NCBI RefSeq assembly: GCF_009914755.1
Contig: NC_060932.1
Origin: the human T2T-CHM13v2.0 reference genome, Homo sapiens
DNA length: 64,000 nucleotides
Strand: one strand, 5' to 3'
The notes under the pieces are model-generated. The model did no database searches and was not told the DNA's origin. It saw only the letters and a list, made by a program, of their open reading frames with translations. The position numbers and the translations under genes are program-made. Within the stretch, counting starts at the first letter, position 1; every line of letters starts with the position of its first letter. Shown here piece after piece: positions 42,580 to 57,536 of this stretch.

Positions 42580-44760
42580 AAGTATTGATGGGACGTATCT
42601 CAAAATGATAAAAGCAATTTATGACAAATCCACAGCCAATATCATACTGAATGGGCAAAAACTGGAAGCATTCCCTTTGAAAACTGGCACAAGACAGTTT
42701 TCACTCCTACTCAACATAGTGTTGGAAGTTCTGGCCAGGGCAATCAGGCAGGAGAAAGAAATAAAGGATATTAAATTAGGAAAAGAGGAAGTCAAATTGT
42801 CCCTGTTTGCAGATGACATGATTGTATATTTAGAAAACCCCATCGTCTCAGCCCAAAATCCCCTTAAGCTGATAAGCAACTTCTGCAAAGTCTCAGGATA
42901 CAAAATCAATGTGCAAAAATCATAAGCATTCCTATACACCAATAACAGACAGAGAGCCAAATCATGAGTGAACTCCCATTCACAATTGCTTCAAAGAAAA
43001 TAAAATCCCTAGGAGTCCAACTTACAAGAGATGTGAAGGACCTCTTCAAGGAGAACTACGAAACACTGCTCAAGGAAATAAAAGAGGACACAAACAAATG
43101 GAATAACATTCCATGCTCATGGATAGGAAGAATCAATATCGTGAAAATGGCCATACTGACCAAGGTAATTTATAGATTCAATGCCATCCCCATCAAGCTA
43201 CCAAAGACTTTCTTCACAGAATTGGAAAAAACCACTTTAATGTTCATATGGAACCAAAAAAGAGCCCACATTGCCAAGACAATCCTAGGCCAAAAGAACA
43301 AAGCTGGAGGCATCACGCTACCTGACTTCAAACTGTACTACAAGAATACAGTAACCAAAACAGCATGGTACTGGTACCAAAACAGAGATATAGATCAATG
43401 GAACAGAACAGGGCCCTCAGAAATAATACCATACATCTACAACTATCTGATCTTTGACAAACCTGACAAAAACAAGAAATGGGGAAAGGATTCCCTATTT
43501 AATAAATGGTACTGGGAAAACTGGCTAGCCATATGCAGAAAGCTGAAACTGGATCCCTTCCTTACACCTTATACAAAAATTAATTGAATATGGATTAAAG
43601 ACTTAAATGTCAGACCTAAAACCATAAAAACTGTAGAAGAAAACCTAGGCAATACCATTCAGGACATAGGCATGGGCAAGGACTTCATGTCTAAAACACC
43701 AAAAGCAATGGCAACAGAAGCCAAAATTGACAAATGGGATCTAGTGTCAGTTTATGCATAAACTGAAGAGTTTCTGCATAGCAAAAGAAACTACCATCAG
43801 AGTGAATAGGCAACCTACAGAATGGGAGAAAATGTTTGCAATCTACCCATCTGACAAAGGGCTAATGTCCAGAATCTACAAAGAACTTAAACAAATTTAC
43901 AAGAAAAAAACAACCCCATCAAAAAGTGGGCAAAGGATATGAACTGACACTTCTCAAAAGAAGACATTTATGCAGCCAACAGACACATGAAAAAATGCTC
44001 ATCATCACTGGCCATCAGAGAAATGCAAATCAAAACTACAATGAGAAATCTCACACCAGTTAGAATGGCAATCATTAAAAAGTCAGGAAACAACAAGTGC
44101 TGGAGAGGATGTGGAGAAATCGGAACACTTTTACACTATTGGTGGGACTGTAAACTAGTTCAACCATTGTGGAAGTCAGTGTGGCAATTCCTCAAGGTTC
44201 TAGAACTAGAAATACCATTTGACCCAGCCATCCCATTACTGGGTATATATCCAAAGGATTATAAATCATGCTGCTATAAAGACACATGCACACGTATGTT
44301 TATTGTGGCACTATTCACAATAGTAAAGACTTGGAACCAACCCAAATGTCCATCAATGATAGACTGGATTAAGAAAATGTGGCACATATACACCATGGAA
44401 TACTATGCAGGCATAAAAAAGGATAAGTTCATGTCTTTTGTAGGGACATGGATGAAGCTGGAAACCATCATTCCGAGTAAACTATCGCAAGGACAGAAAA
44501 CAAAACACCACATGTTCTCACACATTGGTGGGAATTGAACAATGAGAACACTTGGACACAGGGTGGGGAACACCACACCCCGCAGCCTGTCATAGGGTGG
44601 AGGGAGGGGGGAGGGATAGCATCACGAAATATACCTAACGTAAATGATGAGTTCATGGGTGCAGCACACCAATATGGCACATGAATACATATGTAACAAA
44701 CCTGCATGTTGTGCACATGCACCCTAGAACTTAAAGTATAATAAAAAATAAATAATTAAA
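42580..44760 (+). mobile_element. 5'-truncated L1PA4/5 (~2.2 kb); broken ORF2 RT-to-C-terminus
   Basis: ORFs 42605-42925 ([11 protein letters not shown]), 42964-43587 and 43987-44538 are L1 ORF2 fragments with stops, frameshifts and a deletion in QGCPLSP; 3' UTR ends 'accctagaacttaaagtataataaaa'. Confidence 0.95.
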
Positions 44761-45017
44761 AACAGTGATAATGCAAAACGCTCATGAGATTTCATTGAAG
44801 CTGGTTCTCTCATATATTATTGGTGGGAAAGTAAAATATACAGTTATTTTGTAAAACTAAATATGCCTTTAAAATTGCTTTCCTGGACTTTTATCCTTGA
44901 GATATAAAAATTATTTTCACACAAAATATGTACAGGTATGTCCTTTACTTATAATAGACCCAAACTGGAAACAAATCAAATATCCTTAGATGGTCAAAAG
45001 GTTAAACAAAGAATGGC

Positions 45018-45128
45018 ATGCAGCAAACCACAATGGCACACGTTTACCTACGTAACAAACCCGCACATCCTGCACATGTTCCGCGGAAGATAAAATAAAT
45101 TATAATAAAATAAAAGTAAACTAAAAAA
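45018..45128 (+). mobile_element. Short L1PA8-10-type 3' tail
   Basis: tgcagcaaaccacaatggcacacgtttacctacgtaacaaacc; flanked by caaagaatg on both sides. Confidence 0.8.
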
Positions 45129-45483
45129 GCAAAGAATGAAACATCCAAACCACAGAATACTACTCACCAATAAAAAGGGACAAAGTCTTGATATATGCAA
45201 CAACTTGGATGTATTTCAAGGATATTGTGTGAATGAAAAAGTCATTCACAGGATGGTTACATATTGTATGTTTCCATTTGTATACAGTTCTTTAAATTAC
45301 AAAAGTACATAGACAAAGAACAGATTATGGGTTTCCAGGTATTATAGGGAAGAAAGATGGTGGCTGTTACTATAAAGTGGTCACATGAGGGATCTTTGTG
45401 ATGGAACTGTTCTGTATCTTGACTATGGTGGTAGTCACATGAATCTACACATGTGATAAACTTCCATAGAAGAACTAAATACA

Positions 45484-45869
<386 letters not shown>

Positions 45870-46034
45870 TTAAGATCAAAGGCTCTTATTCATGTCAATT
45901 TTCTGGTTGTGATATAATTATGCAAGGTGTTACCATTGGGGAAAACTTGGGGAATGATGGATGAAATTTTCTGTTTTAGTTTTTACAACCACATGTAAAT
46001 CTATAACTATCTCAAAATAAAGAGATTAAAATAC

Positions 46035-46903
46035 ATTAATTGACTACTCTGATAAAGGCTCAAACTGACAAAACTGTCATGCTATATTAAAAAAAGAAAC
46101 ACCTAACCATATGTTGTCTGCAAGAAACAAACTTTGGGTAGTATGGACATTCTAATAATATTGATTTTTCCAACAGATGAATGCACAAGGAAAATGTTGT
46201 ACATTTGCACATTGGAGTACACTTCAGCCATAAAAAGAATGAGATGCTGTCATTTGCAACAACAGGTATGGAACTGAAGGTTGTTATGTTAAGTGAAATA
46301 AGCCAGGCACAGAAAGGCAAACTTTGCATGTTCTCTGCTAAAAATTAAAACGATTGAATTCATGGAGATAAAGAGTAGAAGGATGGTTACCAGGGCCTAG
46401 GAAGAGTAGTGTAGGGGCTGACGTGGGGAGGAAATTGGGGTACAAAAAATAGAAAGAATGAATAAGATGTAGTATTTGATAGCAGGACAGGGTGACTATA
46501 GTCAATAATACTTGAATTATGTATTTTAAAATAAGTAAAAGAGTATAATTAGATTGTAACAGAGTATAACTGCTTGTGGTAATGGATATCCCATTTACCC
46601 TGAAGTGATTATTACATTGTATGTCTATATCAAAGTATCTCATGAAACTCATAAATATGTACACCTAATATGTACCCACGAAACTTAAATATAATTTAAA
46701 AAGAGACAAATTTTAAATATAATATTCTAAGATAAATACATACTTTGCTGATTTGATGTAAAAATGGTACATCATGCAATAGAAATTATCCAACAGTGAC
46801 TACAAGACAAGAAACAAAGAGCAATATTACATAATGTTGAAAGTATCAATTCATCAATAAGTCAGGATTCTAACTGTGAATACACTTAATTAAAGAGTTT
46901 CCA
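46035..46903 (+). mobile_element. Old L1M ORF2 endonuclease region, interrupted by an L1MA
   Basis: atatgttgtctgcaagaaaca translates ICCLQET; 'attacataatgttgaaagtatcaattcatcaa' resembles YIMIKGSIHQ. Confidence 0.65.
46132..46700 (+). mobile_element. L1MA2/3-type 3' end with a ~40-bp inverted 5' piece
   Basis: 'cagccataaaaagaatgagat', 'gcaggacagggtgactatagtcaataata', 'tatgtacccac'; TSD aagaaacaaacttt / aagagacaaatttt. Confidence 0.85.
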
Positions 46904-47200
46904 GGCTGAGCGCGGTGGCTCACGCCTATAATCCCAGCACTTTGAGAGGCCCAGGTGGGTGGATCACCTGAGGTCAGGAGTTCGAGATCAGCCTAGCCAA
47001 TATGGTGAAACCTCGTCTCTACTAAAATATACAAAAATTAGCTGGGCGTGATGGTGGGTGCCTGTAATCCCAGCTACTCAGGAGGCTGAGGCAGGAGAAT
47101 CGCTTGAACCCAGGAGGTGGAGGTTACAGAGAGCTGTGATCTCACCACTCTACTCCAGCCTGGCCAGAGAGCGAGACTCTGTCTCAAAAAAAAGAAGAAA
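46904..47200 (+). mobile_element. AluSx/Sz
   Basis: ggctgagcgcggtggctcacgcc...ggatcacctgaggtcaggagttcgag...A tail; no clear TSD. Confidence 0.95.
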
Positions 47201-50200
47201 TATATATCACTGCAAAATTAATTACTGAGAAAACGTATGTAGCTTTGGCTCTCAGTGTTCTTTTAAAATAGATATTTAATATTAGTTAGTGAATTTGTAA
47301 GATCCAGTATGGGGAATAATCATATTAGAATAAATTTAAAAATTAATGCATGAGAAAGAAATTAGGAATAGCAGCATTAGAGTTTTATAATCTGCTATCT
47401 TAACAAAATTTGTACCTTGTGAATTGTATTGCACAATCATAATAAACTGCAGTGCCTACGATATGCTGAGATTGTGGTAGAATTCATTTTGATACAAAAC
47501 ATATCAGCTGATAAACTTTTGATGATTATTTTAAAGAAGTACACACATTATCATATTTTCACTGAAAAGTATATATTAGTCATAATATTAATAGATAATT
47601 TTCTTGACTTTTACAGATCAAAATATATCATAACCATGGGACATTAGAAAAGCACAATCTTCTATTGAAAGCAAAACCAATTACACAGAAACTAGAAAGA
47701 ATAAAATAACAGTAGACATTTATTTCTATGCCTGTTTTTGCTCTTTAACTTTATGTTTCTTTTCAAAGTCACTCCAATTGATGGTGACTTTCTACTTGTA
47801 AACAGTGAAATACAATTTGTTTTTAATTTAGCACATTTAAAAAAATGAACAAAAAAATCTTATTGTTGCCAAATGCAAAATAAAATAAACATCCATAGAC
47901 TGTTTGTAGGTGATATGGTAACATGAATGTGATTTTAAAATATTTTTTCTTTCAATTAACAAGTAACAAATGCAGAGAAGTAAGCAGTTAACAAAGCCAT
48001 GCACATTATAATTTTAACTTAGTAAAAATGTGCTTGTTAAAGTAATTGCTTAAAATACATGACATGAGATACTTAGATTGACTTTGAACTGATCTTGTAT
48101 TATACAGAAAACATAAAGTTTCCTCTTCATGTTTCATATAGAGTTGTGCAGTCATCAGTTATCTTCATGGGACGAGTATGTCCGGAGGGGAGGAAAATCT
48201 GATAAAAAATATTGAAATTCAATGAAGGCTTCCACTGCTTAACAAATGTTACATAGAATTCTTCACCGATGTGAGGAACATCAGTTTGCAAAAGAAACTC
48301 TGCACTTTCAGGGATAAAAAGACTGAGACTCCAAATGGTGCTCCTAGTATTGGTGAAGCTTAGGGAGAGAGCCCATTGTGTTTCTATCTAACTGCTCTCA
48401 GGAAAAGGTAGAAAATGTCTCAGATTCCACAAGAAAGATAGAATGTGTGATAAGATGACAATCAGGCCACAACAGAATATCCTAGTAGGGTACATAAATT
48501 AGCATCAACATGGACCAATTAGCAAGGAAGTGTCTTCATAATATTCCCGTAATTAGACTCTCATTAGCTTGATATTTGATGCTGGACTAACCCTATTTGA
48601 ATGATATAAGCACTGGTACTTAGAATTTTCAGAGACTGGTGCCCCTAATGGAAAAATGCAGGATGAAATGCTAGTGAAGATTAACTGGGAGAAAAATAGG
48701 TAAATGTGAAAAAGAAAACGTGTGTCTGACTGTATACAGAGTTCTAATTGTAAAAAATTAATCGAATGTATAAAATATCGACAGCCCAAATAAATGTTAT
48801 TTTCCTGAAGTACTTAATTATCTCCATGTGTTTCTGGTTTCACTATGTCAATCATTTTAAAAATAACAATTTAAGGAATTATGTATGTGATTGGTTGAGG
48901 TTTTCATTCTTTGAGATATTCTGAAAGATTTCAATTATATCCTAGGCTTTGCTGGATACCAAAGCTTTTACTAAAGCTTTCCTAAGGCTTTTCTAAAGGT
49001 TTCTTATAGTTCTAATATAATATTCCTCCCACGGTATCTAATGTCCTGGGCTATCTCCAATCTAATAATAGGATCTCTTCCTCATCCACCCCTCAGTCCT
49101 GTTTGTTTTTATGGAGCTCACCACTCTTCTTTCCTCTCTACCTCAAGCCACCACCACACCTGCTGGATCATTAGACTTATATTCTCATAGTTTTCACCTT
49201 CATCCGGCCTTCCAATCCCTAAAGAAAAAGTAGTAAAAGGGGTATTATCTCACACTAGATACTTTCTCCCAGATCACACATTGTATTATGAAGCATCAAG
49301 TTCACACCATTCTCCAAGTGATGGTTGGAATAAAATCACCTTCCCTATCATTATGTTTTTCAATATATTTTCTCAAAATGTATATGCCTCTGGTTATATG
49401 TTGTGTTCAATTCTGCTTTCCATGCAATTTCCCTTGCTTCCTCTGTCATGATGTTCCCACACACACCATGCCTCTCAAACTGCGGTGTGCTATCATCTGG
49501 AACTTCCCAACAACCACCATCAGTAGTCTGCTTTATGTCTGAATCTCTTTCATGAAAAATGTGTTAACTTCTCAGTTTTAAATAAAGCTCATCTCTTTTT
49601 AAAGATACCTCTTCTTACACAGTTGAAAGCAGTTCATTTTTCACAAACTATATTAAACGTTAGGCCTGTTACTTTTCTTGATTGTGAAAGAAATTTCCAA
49701 AACATACATTTTTCCTTTCATTACAAGCTATCGCTACAGAAAGACCTCCTCAGTACACATTATTAGATTTGGTGCCCTCTTTGACACTGTTCCTCATTCA
49801 CCTGCATTTTATTATTGAGTTTAATCACATGTTTTTATATCTTGGACTTTTTACTCCATTTTCAACCTCTATGCCTCCTTTTCTGAGATCAACCAAGGTC
49901 TGCCCCTCTCATCTCAATACTCCTCCCCTCCCCTTGGGATGCTGAGAATTCATTTGTGATACTTACTCTTTTTTATGTAGTTTATTTTTATAGAAGTTAA
50001 GGAGGGGGTGGTGTAAGTAGGGAGAAAATGAGGATAAAATAAAGAGATCAAGAGTATTTTCATGTGAAGCATTTGGTTCCAAGCTATGGCTGTATTTTGC
50101 ACAGCTTTTCTCCATTTCTGACATTGACATTAGCTTTTCAGGGTACTCAATGCAGTTGCTTGAAAAAAGTCATAGTGATGATTGGACATTAGGCTTGTTT

Positions 50201-50293
50201 TTGCCTCTGTGATGTTGCAGCCTTTTCTTTACCCAGCTATTTCTCATTGTTGAAAATCTTCCAGTTTGGTGGATTTTAAAGAATATCTTTTTG

Positions 50294-50675
<382 letters not shown>

Positions 50676-53299
50676 TTAAAGAAATTGAAATGGAAGACTG
50701 AACAAAATTTGTGCATACAGCACATGTTTAAAGTATTTATTGTTTGATGTATTATAGTGTTCTTTTCATGTTATTAGCAGTTATCTACCAATGAATTTAG
50801 AAATAAATGTAATGCATTATAATCAAGTTAAGAAAATTAAGTAGAAGAGAAAGGAAATAAAAGATAATATACCCAAGTGGTAAGAGTATTTAGTGAAACT
50901 TTTGTATTTATGTGCTGTATAAAGAGGTAAAATATATCTATGCACTACTACTTTGGGATCAGCATACATTGAAAGTATTATTTATATATCCTTTTAAAAT
51001 TAATTTTATCTATTTAGAATCTAGATACATTTAATTAGAAACTAATTACCACTTAAGATCATGGGTGAAATATTCACGAGATCACTGGCAATGTCAAGTT
51101 TGCCATTTGTTGTTAAATAATAGTATAAAAGCTCTTAGTCTAGTAATTACATTTATTCATTTCATAATACATTTTTTATCTGCTGTTTAGAATACCTTTG
51201 GTTTAGCTTAAAAATTTTGTTTTGTGTTCTGAGGTATTACTTTTGTTGGGTTTTCTGGTCAAATAATTTAGATCTCAGAAATAACTGTAGTAATTTCATC
51301 TATGCATAATTTTTGTTGGAAAACATTGGTTTTTAGTCAGAAAAAACAGTATTGTGCTATTTGATTATTGTTAGAATTATTATTTTTATTGATGTTATTT
51401 TTTATGGTTATTGTATTATTATTAAAGTTATAAATATGTATATGTCTTTACTAATTATTTAGTGTGGTATGGATCATCTCAATTGTTATTTTGTGTTTTT
51501 TCTGATTCTTTGGTAATATTAAATTTTTCATATGAAACTTAGAATCAAATTGTGTGACTTCAAGATTAAAAATAATATTTAATTGGGATAACAAAATTAA
51601 TAAGAAGAATTGATTTTTTTGAGGTTGATAATTTATTTCAAATATAAAGGATTTTTTAATACACTTTGATATCTTTAAGGATGAATTAAACATTTTATTC
51701 TAATAAGTTTTTGCTCCAATTATATTTTTCATATTTCTGAGCAAGTTTATGTCTTAACATTTTATCTTGTGCTACAAACATGAATGTTGATGGTATACTG
51801 TGCAGGTTTATCTTGCCTAAAGTTAATTTAATTAAATATTTAACTTTGGTCCTTTCTGATTCCTCAAACTTTTAATTCTACTCTTCAGAGCTCTGTCATA
51901 TTTCCAAAATATTTCACAGAAAATGTAAAGATAGAGAAAAAAAGATTTATATTCACATATTACCTACAGACACAGAACATATTTTCTAGTTTTGTCATGC
52001 ATATTTTCTTATTCTTGCTTTATTATGGGAGTGGTTCCCCATATTTTGTCTTAGATAATTAGGAAAAAAAATCTCCATTTGATGACACCTATTTATAAAG
52101 TTTTATATAAATACGTAATAGAATTAAGTTCCAGTAATATAGGGTACTTATGTTTATAAACCAACATCAGTGCTGCTGGGTTAAGTGCATGTTAACGGAA
52201 TTTAATCAACAAATGCTCACAGCACACTGCCATTGGTATCACGCCATGATACTGATGGTTACCTCATGGTGGGTTCTAAACTTCAATACCACGAATCTTT
52301 AAAAATGCAGTTTTGGAGTAATATTAAGGAAAAGCATGCTGCATCATTCTTAAAAATTTATTTCAGGACAATTCAATTTTCTAAAACTGCATTACAGTAC
52401 TTTAGAGCCCAACTGTTGTTTTATTGAAAAACAAGTGATTAACTTGGAAATGGTTTCTCCATAACTGCATCTCCCTGTTCTTCATAGTGAATACAACAAT
52501 ATAACTATCACAGGAACTCTGCAGAGGGTCAAATAACCACAGCAGGAAGTTTCCACCATTGAGAAACAACAATTCTAAGACTAGAAAATTACAAGGGCCT
52601 GTTAATATTTTCTAGTTATTTGATGGTAAATATCTCATCTAAAAACAATTCCTCGTGTCTGTCATGTTCAACTTAGTTATTGCAGGTAGAGAAAAATATA
52701 TGCAGTTATACATATATTCATTGTCTAAATAAAGACATCATTCTTCAATGTTTTGATTCATAGTTACTTGGAAATGTGTAATTTTTCTCTAAGATTAATG
52801 AAGATATTCACATGAACTCAGAATAAATTATCAGTTTCTTTTTTTCATTTAGAATAATATTGACTACATATAGTACTGGCAATACAATATTGATCACTGC
52901 ACATAAGGCCAGTAATCTCATTACAGAATGGCAATCCAGAAAGTAAGCCACTAAACTAGTAAATAGAAAAATCATGAACATCACGTTGTGACTTAATAAC
53001 ATTTTTTAATTTACAGAGATTAAAAATCTAAATAGAAAAGTTGAAAAGACTTAGAAAGTATTATATAACAAATGTGTACATAAAATATTATATAGTTTAT
53101 AAATAACAGGAAATATAAGTAGGTTTGATTTAATAGCAATGTATTATTTCTGTCTGTGAAAAAACAGTGAAACAGAACAAACGTCAGGTTGGAAAATAAA
53201 TGTAAACAACTCCTATGACAGAGAAAAATTTAACAATACTAAATATTAATAATTAAAATAAAACATCTACAATTTGATAAGAAAATTTATCCTAAAAGT

Positions 53300-53800
53300 G
53301 TTATGTATATGCCACCACCCCTATAACACCAGAATGTTCCTCATGCTGCTTTCTAATTAGTAAACACTCCCTGCCTAGCAAAAATAATTCTTCTTATTTT
53401 AACACCAGAGATTATTACATCTGTTCATCACTCAAGTTCATATAAATGAAATCACGCAGTTAAGTATTCTTTTGTTCCTCACTTCTTTTGTTCAATATAT
53501 TTCTCTAAAACCCATCTATGTTGATGTGTATATCTGTAGCTCATTCTTTGAATTTATTGCTTTGTACTAGCCATTATATAATGATATCAGAATGTTTATT
53601 AACAACATTCAGATATTTTGATTCTAAGGCTCTTATAAATAAATATGCTTTGAATATTCTTGTTTGTATCACTTTGTTGATATATGTATTCCATTACCTT
53701 GGACATATGCATAGGAGGAGAATTGTAGGTCTTGAGGTAGCTCTGTGTTAGAAGTGATAAGAAACTGCCTAAAGGTTTATGAAATAGTTGTACTGCATTT
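53300..53800 (-). mobile_element. L1ME-type 3' UTR fragment
   Basis: 'ttcatataaatgaaatcacgcagt', 'tatgctttgaatattcttgt', 'aaactgcctaaaggttt'. Confidence 0.6.
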
Positions 53801-54829
53801 TATATTGAATTATTTTATGACATTTTTATTTATATATTTTTAGTTGACAAAAATATATATTTCTCACATGCAAGATGATGTTTTAAAATATGTATACATT
53901 GTGGAATGGGTAAGTTGAGTTCATTTACATATATGCATTACCTCACATATGTATCTTTTTGTGATAAGAGCACTGAAAATCTCCCTTAGCAATTTTTAAG
54001 AATATAATAAACAGTTATTAACTATAGTCACCATGTTCAATAGACCTATTGAACTCATTCCTCCTATCTAACTGAAGTTGTATGTCCTTTAACCAGCTTG
54101 TCCCAAACCCACACCCCCCAGCCCTTGTAACCCTCATTTTACACTCTCTTCTATGAATTCAATTGTTTTAGATTCTACATACAAATGATATCATGTATTA
54201 TTTGTCTTTCTGTGCTTTATTTATTTCTCTTAATATAAGGTCCTCCAGGTTCATCTGTGTTGTTGCACTTAACAGGATTTCCTTCACTTTTAAAGCTGAA
54301 TAGTATTTTATTGTACAAATAAACCACCATTCATCCATTGATAGACATTTAGGTTGAGTTGATTCCATATATTGGCTATTGTGAATAATGTTGCAATGAA
54401 CATGGGAAGACAGATGTCTCTTTGACATACTGATTTCATTTCCTTTGGACATACACCCACTATTGGGATTTCTGCATTGTATAGTGGTTCTATTTTTAAT
54501 ATTTTGGGAAACTGTCATACTGTTTTCCATAATGGCTGTACTAGTTTACATACCCACCATCACTATGGAGCATTCCCTTTTCTCCACAACCTCTTCAACA
54601 CTTGTTATCATTCATCTTTTTCATAACAGCCATTCTAACAAGTATGAGGTGGTATTTAATTGTGGTTTTAATGAGCATTTCTCTGGTGACTTAAAGATGT
54701 TGAGCATGTTTTAACATACCAGTTGGCCACTTTTATGTCATTCTTTGACAAATGTCTCTTCGGGTCCTTTGTCCCACTTTTAATCAGTTTTTTTTTCTAA
54801 TTGAGTTGAATTATTTTTATATTTTAGAT

Positions 54830-54982
54830 ATTAACAACTTATTAGATGTTTGGTTTGCAAATACCTGTAGATTGTCTCTTCACTCTGTTAATTATTTCCT
54901 TTGCTATTAACACCTCATTAGATATGCCAGTTTGCAATTATATGTAGATTTTCTCTTCACTCTGTTGATTATTTCCTTTGCT
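54830..54982. repeat. ~76-bp tandem duplication within L1
   Basis: Two diverged copies of attaaca..attagat..gtttgcaa..tgtagatt.tctcttcactctgtt.attatttcctttgct. Confidence 0.9.
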
Positions 54983-57325
54983 GTGCAGAAGCTTTTTTGT
55001 TTGAGGAAATCCCATTTGTCTATTCTTTTTTTCATTGCCTATGCTTTTGAGGTTGTGTCCAAAAAATCATTGTCCAGAGAAATGTTATGGAGTTTTCCAT
55101 ATGTTTCTCCCCATAGTTCTATAGTTTTAAGTCTTATATTTAAGTCTTTAAACCAGGCGTAGTTGACTTTTGTATTTGATGTGAGATAAGGGTCTAATTT
55201 CATTTTCTGCATGTGAATATTTAGTTTTCCCAACTATTTTTGAAGAGACTGTCCTTATTCCATTATATGTTCTTGACACATTTGTAGAAAATCAATTGAC
55301 CATAAATGCATGGATTTATTTCTGGGTTCCCTATTCTGTTCCACTGGTCTATGTATCTGTTTCTATACCCATAACATGCTGTTTTAGTTACTATAGTGTA
55401 TTTTGAAGTCAAATAATTTGATGATTTCGGCTTTCTTATTTTTGCTGATGATTGTTTTGACTATTTGTGGTCTTTTGTGGTTCCCCATGAACTTTAGAAT
55501 TTTTGTTTCTATTTTTGTGAAAGGTGTCATTTGAATTTTGATAGAGATTGCCCTGAATTTGTAGATCAATTTGGGTAGTGTGGAAATTTTAATAATATTA
55601 ATTATTTCAGTCCATGATCACAGTGTATCTATTTATTTCTGTTATCTTCAATTTCTTTCACTATTTTTATAGTTTTCAGAGTGGACATTGTTTATCTCCT
55701 TAGTTAAACTTATTTCTTTTTCTATTTTTGTTGCTATTACAAATGGAACTGCTTTATTGATATCTTCTTCAGATAGTGTGTTGTTATTGTATAGATATAC
55801 TAGTGATTTTTGTATGTTGATTTTGTTTCTTGAAAATTTGCCGAATTGGTTTATTAATTCTAGTATTTTTGATGACGTTTTTAGGGTTTTTTACATATAA
55901 TATTATGCCATCTGCAAACAGAGACAATTTAACTTTTTTTCTAATTACAATGCTTTTTATTTTTTTCTCTTTTCTAATAGCTGTGGCTAGGATTTCCAGT
56001 ACTATATTGAAAAGAAATGGTAAGAATGGGCATCTTGATTTTGGAGGAAAAACTTTCCATTTTTGCTATGGACTATCATGTTAGCTGTGGGCTTTTTTTT
56101 TCATATAAAGCCTTTATTGTGTTGAGACACATTCTTTCTATACCAAATTTGTCAGTTTTTACGATGAAAGGATGTTGAATTTTCTGCATCTATTGAAATG
56201 ATAATATAGTTTTTGTCCTTTTTTTTAATGCGGTGTATCACATTTAGAGATTTGTGTGTGATAAACTACTCTCTTATTCTGGGGAGAAATCATATTTTAT
56301 CATAGTGAATAATCATTTTGATGAACTGTTGAATTCAGTTTGTTAGAATTTTGTTGAGGATTTGTGCCTATATGTTCATCTGGATATTGGTCTGTAATTT
56401 TCTTTTCTCATAATGTTCTAGTCTGGCTTTGATATCAAGGTACTGCTGGCCTTATAACATGAGTTTGGAATTGTTCCTTCCTCTTCAATTTTTTAAAAGA
56501 GTTTGAGAAGGATTGATAGTTATTCTTTAAATGTTTGTTTGAATTCAGTGGTGAAGCCATAAGAACCTGAGCTTTTTATTACTTTTTACTACTGATTCAA
56601 TGTCCTTAATCATCTCTGGTCTGTTCATATTTTCTATTCCTTCATTATTTAGTCTTGGTCGGTTGCATACCTCTAGGAATTTCTCAGTCACTCGCTATAT
56701 ATTTTGTTTCAGAACTGCTTTTGCTGTATTCCATACGTTTTTGTGTGATGTGTTGCCATTTTCATTTGTATCTAGATATTTCTAAATTTTTCTTTTAATT
56801 TATGAATTGACTCACTGTTTATTCAGGAGCATGTTGTTTAATTTCTACATGCTTTAAAATTTTTAAAGTTCTTCCTGTTATTGATTTCTAATTTTATGCA
56901 ATTGTAGTCAGAAAAGATACTTGATATAATTTCAATCTTTTAAAATGTATCAACTTATTTTTTCAGCCAACATATGATCTATCTGTGAAAATGTTCCCTG
57001 TACACTGGAGAAGCTGGGTTTTCTGATGCTATTGTATGTAATGGTCTGCATATGCCTCTCAGGTCCACTTGGTTTAAAGTGTAGTTTATGCTCAATGTTT
57101 TCCTATTACTTGTCTAGGTGATCTGCCCGTTGCTGAATGTGGGGTACTAAAATTCACAATTATTACATTACAGTCTATTTCTCCCTTCTGATTTATTAAT
57201 ACTTGCTGTATATATTTAGATGCTGTAATGCTGGATGCATATATATTAAAATTGTTATACCTTCTTGTTAAATTGACGGCTTTTTTATGCGTTAAATTCT
57301 GGGGTACAATGGCTTTAACTTCATT

Positions 57326-57536
57326 CAGATTGTCCCTGACTTACAGAGACTTGACTTACAGTTAGTTTATTGACTTTATCATGGTGTGAAAGTGATATGC
57401 ATAAAGTACATCCCTTGACTTATGATGAGATTACACCTGGATAAACTCATCATAAGATGAAAATATCATAAGTTAAAAATGGACTTACAATGGATTTAAT
57501 CAGAACATAATCCCACTATAAGTTGAGGAGTATCTG
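57326..57536. mobile_element. MER47/Tigger5-derived DNA transposon
   Basis: Inverted ends cagattgtccctgacttac / ataagttgaggagtatctg followed by TA; repeated 'gacttac' motifs. Confidence 0.8.

Noticed and set aside
42605-44538. Functional reverse transcriptase gene
   Set aside because: 5'-truncated L1 ORF2 with stops, frameshifts, a deletion in QGCPLSP and a Cys-to-Tyr change in the C-terminal cysteine-rich motif region.
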